Of a stretch of DNA of 64,000 nucleotides, positions 54,764 through 63,700 are shown one piece after another. This DNA comes from a virus. How positions within the stretch are numbered: the stretch's first letter is position 1; each line of letters begins with the position of its first letter. The notes under the pieces were generated by a model, which was not told where the DNA came from, did no database searches, and saw nothing but the letters and a program-made list of their open reading frames with translations. Location of the stretch: positions 41,155-105,154 of the IMG/VR virus record IMGVR_UViG_3300031541_000022; one strand, 5' to 3'. Made by a program: the position numbers and the translations under genes.

Positions 54764-54979
54764 ATGGCAGCAAACGGTATATCAACACTAGAATTTAAGC
54801 GTGACCGTCAGGACGCAAAGCTTGCACTTGCGGCAGTTGATCGTCTGGCCACAGGCCGCCGTAGCAATCCTGATCCAACACAACTACCAACACGCTACGG
54901 CGTTGGTAGCAACGATCCAAACGATATTGTAAATAACCCTAACGCAGGCGGACTTGTTACAGGTCGTTCTTGGACATAA
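54764..54979 (+). CDS. Small late protein (leaderless)
   Basis: ATAAATA(54752-58)-N5-ATG; MAANGISTL... Confidence 0.7.
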   Translation: MAANGISTLEFKRDRQDAKLALAAVDRLATGRRSNPDPTQLPTRYGVGSNDPNDIVNNPNAGGLVTGRSWT

Positions 54980-54984
54980 AGTTC

Positions 54985-55015
54985 TTGACTTAACTGCTCA
55001 CTTCATGTATAAATA
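54985..55015 (+). promoter_or_regulatory. Composite early/late promoter for tmRNA
   Basis: TTGACT-17-TATAAA overlapping TATAAATA (55008-15). Confidence 0.7.
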
Positions 55016-55020
55016 GGACT

Positions 55021-55320
55021 GTATTGATGACGTTCATCATGACGTAGGACGGACCGGGGTTCAATTCCCCGCACCTCCACCAAAATCTGACTGGTGCTTG
55101 ACATCATCGAGGTAGTGCTCGTGAACAACTGGATGAAGATTACTATGGGGGTGAGTTTGGGATCGACGTATGCTGATAGGTGAAAAGAGATGCCCGGATC
55201 TAAGCTCGGTTAACGCGAAGAAACTTACAAATGCAAACGAAAACTTTGCACCTACAGGATATGCCCTAGCGGCTTAACCTAGTGGCGCCCGGGGAGAGCG
55301 TAGCAACAGAATCTCCTCAT
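55021..55320 (+). ncRNA. ssrA: Circularly permuted two-piece tmRNA
   Basis: Acceptor piece first (T-arm CGGGG-TTCAATT-CCCCG, CACCTCC-A-CCA ending 55082), 64-nt spacer, then coding piece GGGGGTG from 55147 (G3-U70 pair); tag ANENFAPTGYALAA* at 55233-55277. Confidence 0.92.
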
Positions 55321-55328
55321 TTTCTATC

Positions 55329-55523
55329 ATGCATACAGATTACTATGTTTATGAATATCTAAGAGAAGACGGTTCTCCGTATTATGTAGGCAAGGGCCGT
55401 TGTGGACGTCACAAAGAACGTCACAATGTTCCGATTCCACCAGAAGATCGTATCAAAGTAGCAATGCATGTAGAGGTCGTTACAGAAAGTTTCAACCATC
55501 TTAGAGCACCTTTATGCGAATAG
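55329..55523 (+). pseudogene. Truncated GIY-YIG endonuclease
   Basis: YYVYEYLREDGSPYYVGKG.G.R, then loses similarity and stops at 64 aa. Confidence 0.7.
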
Positions 55524-55741
55524 AAATTAACGGCACGGAATACCCAGTGTCAATGAAATGGGAACAGGATGACACTATCTGCCATTTCGTTCACATAGAC
55601 GGTGAAATGCATGAATTAGATATTCCGTCCAAGATAAACAACGGCGGCAAGACGTACATAACGTCAGTACAATTTAGAGAAATACTTGCCCAACACATCC
55701 AAAAAGCCCTTGACTCTCGTGCTCGTAACGGGCGGTCGTGA
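55514..55741 (+). CDS. Hypothetical protein
   Basis: Coupled ORF. Confidence 0.55.
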   Translation: MRIEINGTEYPVSMKWEQDDTICHFVHIDGEMHELDIPSKINNGGKTYITSVQFREILAQHIQKALDSRARNGRS

Positions 55742-56090
55742 TTACAAAGATGTAGGCACAGTATTTGATTGCCTCACAACACTTGACGCACAGTTTGAGC
55801 GTATAATTGTCGTACATGGTGATGCACCAGGTGCAGACAGTCTTGCATACAAAGTCTGTGATGAAGTCGGTATTGAACAATCTCGCAACCCCGCTGCATG
55901 GAAAAAGTACCAAAGGGCATCTGGTCCGATACGCAATACGCTGATGCTGGACCTGTTCAACATCGACCTTGTTATAGCTTTCCCAGGAGTTACAGGCACA
56001 GCAGACATGTGTGAACAAGCTGAGGCAAGAGGAATACCTGTAATGACTCCAGAGGATTTATTGCCGGTTAAGACAGGGGTGGATACCTAA
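55686..56090 (+). CDS. SLOG-superfamily (DUF2493-like) protein
   Basis: VLVTGGRDY, VHGDA.GAD, A.W......GPIRN.ML, AFPG..GT.DM. Confidence 0.8.
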   Translation: MPNTSKKPLTLVLVTGGRDYKDVGTVFDCLTTLDAQFERIIVVHGDAPGADSLAYKVCDEVGIEQSRNPAAWKKYQRASGPIRNTLMLDLFNIDLVIAFPGVTGTADMCEQAEARGIPVMTPEDLLPVKTGVDT

Positions 56091-56143
56091 TAATCCCGCG
56101 CTGACCAACGGTAAGCCAGCATACACACACAGGAGACACAGAC

Positions 56144-56335
56144 ATGTCAAATCAAAACGCATATGAAGTGCGACTTAAAATACTTGAACTTGCGCAAAGC
56201 CAACTCATCAGTGAGGCAATGGCAAAAACACAAAAAGCAGATGCTAAGTGGGAAGCGGATCAAATCAGCTTTCCAACTGAAGATCAGGTACTTGAGGTTG
56301 CAAAGAAATTTGATACTTTCGTAAGCGGCAAATAA
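56144..56335 (+). CDS. Small hypothetical protein
   Basis: ACACACACAGGAG ribosome-binding leader; YEVRLKILELA...FV. Confidence 0.75.
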   Translation: MSNQNAYEVRLKILELAQSQLISEAMAKTQKADAKWEADQISFPTEDQVLEVAKKFDTFVSGK

Positions 56336-56359
56336 AAACAAAATATCGTCGTTAAACAC

Positions 56360-56390
56360 AGGTGTTGACTGAAACCAGTCAACACCTTTC
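56360..56390 (+). terminator. Rho-independent terminator
   Basis: AGGTGTTGACTG-AAAC-CAGTCAACACCT 12-bp stem followed by TTC. Confidence 0.75.
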
Positions 56391-56395
56391 CTATC

Positions 56396-56426
56396 TGTGA
56401 CTTCTTATAAATATAGTAAAGTCACA
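56396..56426 (+). promoter_or_regulatory. Late promoter in the loop of an 8-bp hairpin upstream of the tail-fibre RBS
   Basis: TGTGACTT...TATAAATA(56406-13)...AAGTCACA. Confidence 0.65.
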
Positions 56427-56440
56427 AGGGGAAATGTGAA

Positions 56441-59400
56441 ATGGCGGACGTCCAGTTAAGCACACTCGGCAATGTTATCAAAACTGCATATGAAGGCGAA
56501 GCAGATACTAACGCATTTACAGATGCAGAAAAAATCAAGCTAGCTGGAATTGCAGCTGGAGCAGAAGTAAATCAAACTGATTCTGCAATAAAAATACAAT
56601 ATGAAAACAATGCAGACACTAACGCATTTACAGATGCAGAAAAAACCAAGCTAGCTGGTGCAATATTGGGAGTAGACGCACAAAACAACGGTTCTCCAGT
56701 TGTTACTGCTAGCACATTTAACTTTACAGGTATAGGTGTTACGGTTACTGATGTAGGCGGCGTAGCAACTATTGATGTTTCAGGCGGTGGTTCTGGTACT
56801 GTTGACTTTGTTTCAAATGTAGCGCAGGACACGATACTCGGACGAATAAGTGCCGGCACTGGCAATAGTGAAGAACTTACTACAAGTCAAGTTCGTAGTT
56901 TAATAAATGTTGAAGATGGTGCTGACGTTACTAACACTGCCAGTGTTACTGCCGCAGGCGCTGTTATGGATAGTGAAGTTGATCAAAATATCAAAACACT
57001 ATCGTTACCTGCTAGCACTACTATTTCAACTTTTGGTGCTTCTCTAGTTGATGATATTGACGCATCAACAGCCAGAACAACGTTGAATGTTGATATTGCA
57101 GGGACAGACAATTCTACAAATGTTACAATTGCTCCTGGTCTTGATTATGTCACTATTTCTGGGCAGGAATTAACACTTGGATCAATTGATTTATCCTCAG
57201 ATATCACAGGCAATCTATCCACCACCAATTTAAATTCAGGAACCAATGCGTCAGCATCAACTTTTTGGCGAGGTGATGGAACTTGGGCAGTGCCATCTGG
57301 TAGTGGTGATGTATCAAAGGTTGGCACACCAATTAATAACCAAGTCGGCGTTTGGACTGGCGACGGCACCATTGAAGGCACAAGCAATCTAACATACGAT
57401 GGAACCAACTTTGGTGTTACCGGAAATGTCACAGTAACTGGCACTGTTGATGGACGTGACATTTCAAGTGACGGTACAAAGTTAGATAGTATCGCAACAG
57501 GAGCAACAATCGGTGTTGCTACACAAGATGAAGGTTCAAGTGTTGACACTGATGCAACCACAATTAACTTTATTGGTGCTGGTGTTACTGCAACCGACGC
57601 AGGTAGTGGTGTCACAACTGTAACCATTCCAGGTGGCGGTGGTGGCGATCCAATTAGTGCAACACTACATCCAGTTGTTACTGCACGTAGAACAACAGAT
57701 GACACTGGTGTTAACCTAAGTGGTGGTACATTTATTGAATTTGAAACTTCAGATGATACAGGTCTTGGAATTTGGGAAGCCGGCGCTCCAACACGTCTGA
57801 CTATCCCAGCCGGTTCTGGAATTACAAAGATTCGACTAAGTGGTAATGCTTATTGTAACACACTCAATGGCGACAAGTCATACGTTGTTCAATTTGCTCG
57901 TAACGGCGGTTCTAGAATTTATCCAACTGGTGGTTCTATTTGGGCAGGCGGCGGGATTGGATTTACCGACGTTCTTCCAGGGGTTACAACTGGTGTAATT
58001 GATGTTTCGGAAGGTGACTACTTTGAACTTCGTGTCAATGTTAGCACTGAAACAAGCGAAACAATTGTTGCAGGTAGTTGGGCACAATTGGAAGTTATTG
58101 AACGTAATGGTTCACCAATTGAAATTACAGGCTCAGTAACAGGCACAAAGGTTATCGAAACATTTGTTGACACAGTTACCGGTCCAACTTACAGCATTCC
58201 GATTCCAACAGACAATGTTGTGGCATGGGATCTTAGCCTAGAAGTACCGTCAACAACTAGCGGTTCAAACGTTGGTATTACATTTAACGGTAGCAGTTCA
58301 GGATACAACGCGTATCGTGGTGCATTGTATGACACAAACTCACAGGCGAGCAACGGCTCAACCGATAGCGGCGTTATGCTTACTCTGCGTAATTCAGGTG
58401 ACGCAGCTAACCAGCCAGTTCGACTAAGCATGTCATCACATCAGCCGGCACCTGATGCAGCGGTTGATACACGTGGTGTTGCATTTGCTGGTGCAAGCGA
58501 TCAGTTCACAACATGGTTTGGCAGCAGATGGGATAACCCAGACAATGAAGCGGTCAGCTTGATTGAAATGGTTGCATCATTTGGTGATGCACTTCCAGCA
58601 ACACCAGTTGAATACAGATTGACTGTTTATCGTGATGTAAACGCACAAATTGCATCAACACCAGCAACAGCATTCCGCGCAGTACAATCATCAGCACAGA
58701 GCTTGCCGAACGACGTGTTTACAGCAATCACATATGAAACTGAAGAGTTTGATACCGCTGACGGTTACGATCCTCTAACTGGTATCTTTACAGTACCAGC
58801 AGCACTTGATGGTCGTTACATGAACATTAATGCTAACCTTCGCTCAGCAGGCGTAGGTACGTTGTATATCCAATACAATGGTGCTAACATTGTTCAAAGT
58901 GGTAGCACAAATGGTCGATTCTCAATTTCAACAGGTCCGGTAATTGTATCTACAGGTGATACGTTCCAAGTCTTCTACTTCGGTTCAAATGGTGATACTA
59001 CCACAGAAGCTTCTAGTTTTGGTGGTTACGTTGTTCAGGGTCTTGTTGGCAGTGGCGGACAAGGCGGCGGAGGTATCTCAGGTGTTGCTGTTCAAGATGA
59101 TGGCGTTGAAGTTGATGCGGCTGCAAACACACTGAACTTCACAGGCGGACTTGTTACAACAACCGACTCTGGGGGTGGTGTTGCAGAGATTGCAATCGGT
59201 GATACACTTACACAGTTTGCAGACTTCCCTGCAGGATATGTAGGCGAAGGCACCAAGCTACTCCGTGTTAACGCAATTGAGGATGCAGTTGAGTTTGTGG
59301 AAGATCCAATTCCTGTACCAACAACAGGTGACGCAAGCAAGGTTCTACTTGTTAACCTTGCTGAAGATGGTTACGAACTATCAGCAGCCGCACCAACTGG

Positions 59401-60352
59401 TGTTGAGACACAGGAAGAAGGATCACAGGTTGTTGCAGCAAGCACAACACTAAACTTTACAGGGGCAGGTGTAACGGTTACTGACGCAGGCAACAACGTA
59501 TCAACCATCAACGTCCCAACACAGGTTGTTAGTGACTTTGCTAACAACTGGGCAGTAGCACACCGTGGTGCAACAGCAATTCTAAACTTTGATGATACCA
59601 CAGTTGATTTGAGTGCACTCACAATTTATGATTTTGATGCTGCGATTAACGATACTGATAGCTTCTGGAGTGCTGGACAGCCATCACGTCTAACCATCCC
59701 AACTGGAAGTGGTATCACAAAAGTTCGACTAACTGCATTCCTTGATGTTAGTGCAGATTTGACCACAACTGATAACATTTGGTTAAGCTTCTACAAGAAC
59801 GGCAGCACTGGTTTTATTGGCAGCGCAAACTATGGCGGCCGCCCAGGATTCAGCAACCAACTTCCATCAATTCAGAGTGGTGTAATTGATGTTGTTGATG
59901 ATGATTACTTTGAATTTATTATGCAGATAAGTGGTTTGACGAACGCAACTATTGCCTCAGCGAGTACATACTTCCAAATTGAAGTTGTTGAAGTTGCAAA
60001 CTCAACAAGCAGAGTGTTTCTAGTGCCTGGCACTATACTTGGTGTTCCGGTTGCAAACCAGATCTTGTCACAGGAAGTAATCACACGCCAAGCAATTCTA
60101 CTTGCAGGAGGCGGACAGAGCCAAGCATATGCAAATACATCAGCAACAGCAGAGACAGTGTTCAATATCACACAAAACGGTGTGCAAGTTGGAACAGTAG
60201 CATTCGCAATTGGTTCTAACACTGGTACCTTTACTGTTGCAAGCGATGTTACATTTGTAGCAGGTGATAGAGTTGCGGTAGTTGCACCAAATGTTGTTGA
60301 CGCTACTTTAGCAGACATAAGTATTACACTAGATTTGAATTTGTTCGATTAA
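56441..60352 (+). CDS. Modular tail fibre / receptor-binding protein (1303 aa)
   Basis: Repeated QxxG..V...T.NF.G.GVT.TD.G spacers; three C1q/TNF-like beta domains; G/T/S-rich. Confidence 0.8.
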   Translation: MADVQLSTLGNVIKTAYEGEADTNAFTDAEKIKLAGIAAGAEVNQTDSAIKIQYENNADTNAFTDAEKTKLAGAILGVDAQNNGSPVVTASTFNFTGIGVTVTDVGGVATIDVSGGGSGTVDFVSNVAQDTILGRISAGTGNSEELTTSQVRSLINVEDGADVTNTASVTAAGAVMDSEVDQNIKTLSLPASTTISTFGASLVDDIDASTARTTLNVDIAGTDNSTNVTIAPGLDYVTISGQELTLGSIDLSSDITGNLSTTNLNSGTNASASTFWRGDGTWAVPSGSGDVSKVGTPINNQVGVWTGDGTIEGTSNLTYDGTNFGVTGNVTVTGTVDGRDISSDGTKLDSIATGATIGVATQDEGSSVDTDATTINFIGAGVTATDAGSGVTTVTIPGGGGGDPISATLHPVVTARRTTDDTGVNLSGGTFIEFETSDDTGLGIWEAGAPTRLTIPAGSGITKIRLSGNAYCNTLNGDKSYVVQFARNGGSRIYPTGGSIWAGGGIGFTDVLPGVTTGVIDVSEGDYFELRVNVSTETSETIVAGSWAQLEVIERNGSPIEITGSVTGTKVIETFVDTVTGPTYSIPIPTDNVVAWDLSLEVPSTTSGSNVGITFNGSSSGYNAYRGALYDTNSQASNGSTDSGVMLTLRNSGDAANQPVRLSMSSHQPAPDAAVDTRGVAFAGASDQFTTWFGSRWDNPDNEAVSLIEMVASFGDALPATPVEYRLTVYRDVNAQIASTPATAFRAVQSSAQSLPNDVFTAITYETEEFDTADGYDPLTGIFTVPAALDGRYMNINANLRSAGVGTLYIQYNGANIVQSGSTNGRFSISTGPVIVSTGDTFQVFYFGSNGDTTTEASSFGGYVVQGLVGSGGQGGGGISGVAVQDDGVEVDAAANTLNFTGGLVTTTDSGGGVAEIAIGDTLTQFADFPAGYVGEGTKLLRVNAIEDAVEFVEDPIPVPTTGDASKVLLVNLAEDGYELSAAAPTGVETQEEGSQVVAASTTLNFTGAGVTVTDAGNNVSTINVPTQVVSDFANNWAVAHRGATAILNFDDTTVDLSALTIYDFDAAINDTDSFWSAGQPSRLTIPTGSGITKVRLTAFLDVSADLTTTDNIWLSFYKNGSTGFIGSANYGGRPGFSNQLPSIQSGVIDVVDDDYFEFIMQISGLTNATIASASTYFQIEVVEVANSTSRVFLVPGTILGVPVANQILSQEVITRQAILLAGGGQSQAYANTSATAETVFNITQNGVQVGTVAFAIGSNTGTFTVASDVTFVAGDRVAVVAPNVVDATLADISITLDLNLFD
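56501..56658 (+). repeat. 47-bp direct repeat (45/47 identical) encoding ADTNAFTDAEKxKLAG
   Basis: 56501-56547 versus 56612-56658. Confidence 0.85.
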
Positions 60353-60364
60353 GAGGAGAATAGA

Positions 60365-60742
60365 ATGGCCTACAGAATGGGAGCAGCGGTGCATGATGCA
60401 GCACTACAATATATTGCAGACAACTGCGATAGACAGGTTATTGTCAGTGCCGACCCTGTTGACTTTGCAGGCGTTGCTTCAGTTACGCTGGCTAGCTCAG
60501 CTATGATTGGAGGCGACTTTACATTAGCCGCAGGCGATATTAGCGGTCGCAAACTTACAATTGGAGCAAAGATTGGCATTACTCCTACAACAAACGGAAC
60601 AGGTACTCACATTGTTCTAGTAGATGATGGTAACTCTGAAATCCTTTTGCAAGTAGAAATTCCAAACACACCACTCAATACTGCGGTTCCGGTTGACTTT
60701 GCTAGCTGGATCCATGAAAGCCGTGATAACGAGGCAGGTTAA
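60365..60742 (+). CDS. Small structural protein
   Basis: SD GAGGAG; beta-rich; between the fibre and protease genes. Confidence 0.7.
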   Translation: MAYRMGAAVHDAALQYIADNCDRQVIVSADPVDFAGVASVTLASSAMIGGDFTLAAGDISGRKLTIGAKIGITPTTNGTGTHIVLVDDGNSEILLQVEIPNTPLNTAVPVDFASWIHESRDNEAG

Positions 60743-63700
60743 TGGAAAGATCAGAACGCGCTCGAGTATATGAAGTAGAGCTTAAAGAAGGCTATGAGCG
60801 TCACGATCTTGAGTTGACGCTGCAAAACTATCCTTTTGAGATTCATAAAGACTATGCAGCATTGCCGCTATGTTTTCGTTTAATTGCACCTGAAGGCATG
60901 ACAACAGAACAGGCACACGCAGCAATTGAATCAATGAGATGTATTGAAGGTAAGGGTCTTAAGGGCGACAAACCTATTGCAAAACTAGAAGCAGATGTTA
61001 CTCCTGTAAATTTTCGCTCAGTAAATAATCGTCCAGTTGATATCCGTCGTAACGATCTGGTAGGCGCGCCACGTTCACTCAATGGTGACGGACTTGAGTG
61101 GTCACCTGCTTTCCGTGCAGGTTGGCAAGTTCAACGTGTTGCTGCACGAGACGGACGTAACCCTCAATGGACGACTGAATCAAATGAATTCTATGATTAC
61201 AGAGTCAACGCAGTCGGTAACGGTGTTGACTACTTCCTTCTCGACAGTGGTGCAGATCCAGACCACTATGAATTCAGTGAAGATGAATATGGGTCACGAG
61301 TACAAGTTATCTATGATGACTTCTATGAAGTAGGTACAGACGATCAGAACCACGGTACTGGTATGGTTAGTACAGGTGCTGGACGTACATTTGGTCTTGC
61401 GCGTAACACACGAATCATTGCATGTAAAGCGTTCGACGGTAACAACTCAGGTAACAGTACAGCTATTACTGAGTCATTTAATGAATTTGTAACATTCTAT
61501 CAAAACGACAACAAGAACCGTCCTGCAATTATGAACAACTCATGGTCAACAACTAGTAGCACAGCATTTACAGCGGCTAAGAATGCTTGTATTAACGCAG
61601 GTATTTTTCTAGTATCAAGTGGTGGTAATACAGGCAACGATAAATTCAACTATCCAGCAGCATATAATGACGTTCTAGGTGTCATGGCATCGAGCATTGG
61701 TGACAACCGTGCAATTTTCTCAACTATTGGTTCACAGAATGATGTATGGGCGCCAGGACGTGACACACTTCAAGCATGGCGCGGCAACACTTATGCATGG
61801 GCAGACGGCACAAGTCCAGCAGCTGGTATTACTACTGGTGTTATTTGTGCAATGCTGCAAGGATATGGTAAGGCAACAAGCCGTGCAGAAGTTGAAGCTC
61901 TATTTACATACTTGACAACAGATGGACTAGGTTGTATTGATAATATCGGACGTGGCTTCCACGATGGCCCACGCAAGATGATCTACCTAGGTGATCGTGA
62001 CGCAAGCACAATGCCGCGTATTCCAGGTTGGAGAATGCGTGTTGCTCCTTGGTTTAACGACATTCGTACAGAAAGCGTACAGCGTCATGTCACAACATAC
62101 ACAAAAGCAATTGGTCCAACAATTCAAAAGCGACGTGAATGGGATGAGCGTCTTCCTAAGGATTTGATTGCAGTCAACACACGTCGATTTGATTCCGAAG
62201 GCAACATTGTTGAGGGCGGACAAGGCGAAGAATTACCTGTTGATCCAACATTACAAAGTATCGTTGAAGGTGGAGATGGCACAGTTGGTACATTGCCTAC
62301 AATTAAGTTTCCGCCGGGTTTCTTTAATGAACAAATTCCACGTCGTCGTGGTTCACGTAGAAATGTATTCCGTAGACCACAACCTCCGCAGGATGCAGAT
62401 CAAGATCCAGTTGATGATCCAGATTTTGATCTAACTCCAAGTGAGCAAGAAGACAATGAAAACGATCGCGGCGACACAAGTCCTCCAACTGATCAGCCTG
62501 TTGTTACGGATCCAATCGGCGACGACCCATCAGCAAACGCTTATCAAGTAAGCGGATTCGGTACATGGCGTTTGAACAATGACGGGCTAGCAGGCGAAGG
62601 TGCAACAGACATGCGCGCGCTTGGTACTATCGATAATATCGACCGTAACGACGGCGATGGCGATAGCATGTTGATTCCAGGTCGTTCTACAGAGAACAGA
62701 GCGTACACGGGTTCAAGCAACCAAGCTAACAGCCGCATGTATCGTCCTATGCCGATTAGAATGACACCTGACTCAAATCCAGTTTACTTGACCGACTTTA
62801 TGCCTAACTTGGACTTTACAGATTCAACACTGGGCAACTGGGTACAAAGCGGTCCGGGTACACCAGAACTAAAAACAACTAGCAGTAGCCTATTTCCATA
62901 TGAAGGCATTCTAATGTTTGAAGGCACAGGCGGCGCCGACAGTGCTATTACACAAACACAGGATTTGCCAGCACTTGTGAGTCTAGCCGAAGTTGACAAA
63001 GGCAACATGTATCTTTACTTTGAAGCATGGTTTGGTCCTACTTCAAGTATCAGTGCAGATGCAGCGCGTGTCCGTGTTGAAGCTCTAGACGGTTCAGATG
63101 TCTTTCTTGGTACGCCTTATGATTCTGGCGCAGTGACAGGCAACACAACTGCTAACTCGTGGACTGACCAAGGTGCATACAGAGATGAACAATTGCTACC
63201 AGTCGGTACACGTAAGCTTCGTGTTGTAGTTAGTGCAATCTTTGGCGCCAGCACAGTTATTAACATGGCAGTGAGTGGACTTTACGGTATATTGTATGAA
63301 GGTACAACAGAAGGCGAGCGTAACATTATCCAAGTCGACAACGGCACAGCAGGCTACCAGGTAGGTTCACTTACACGTTCATTCAACATTGATAGTGACG
63401 ACGCAGGACGCTTAGAACTTACAATGTATGGACTTGGTCAAGACGCAGGCTTTTCACAACGTCTTGCAAATTATAGCAGTGATTACTTCTCACCATACAA
63501 ATGGACTGACGTTTATCTGCGCCGCAGCATTCCAGCAGGGACACGAGTTGTTCATGTTGGTGTTAGATTCCTACGTCGAGCAGGTACATTTATTAACTCA
63601 TACTGGAGAGACTTCCGCTTTAACATTGTTGCAGGTGCAGTTGATAGACGTCGAGGTAGTACACACAGAAGTTTCTCAACAGGAAAGCAACCTACAATTA

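Noticed and set aside
55051-55082. Stand-alone tRNA (T-arm plus CCA)
   Set aside because: No D or anticodon arm upstream. Its acceptor partner lies downstream at 55147, so it is the acceptor piece of the permuted tmRNA. I found no canonical tRNA by eye.
1636-55523. Frameshifts and stops as systematic sequencing error
   Set aside because: Lesions are confined to mobile or accessory genes while tens of kb of core genes are intact. Read-level checks are still advised.
56441-60352. CRISPR array or DGR template/variable repeats
   Set aside because: The repeats are in-frame protein modules with irregular spacing. There is no reverse transcriptase in the window and no adenine-specific mismatch pattern.
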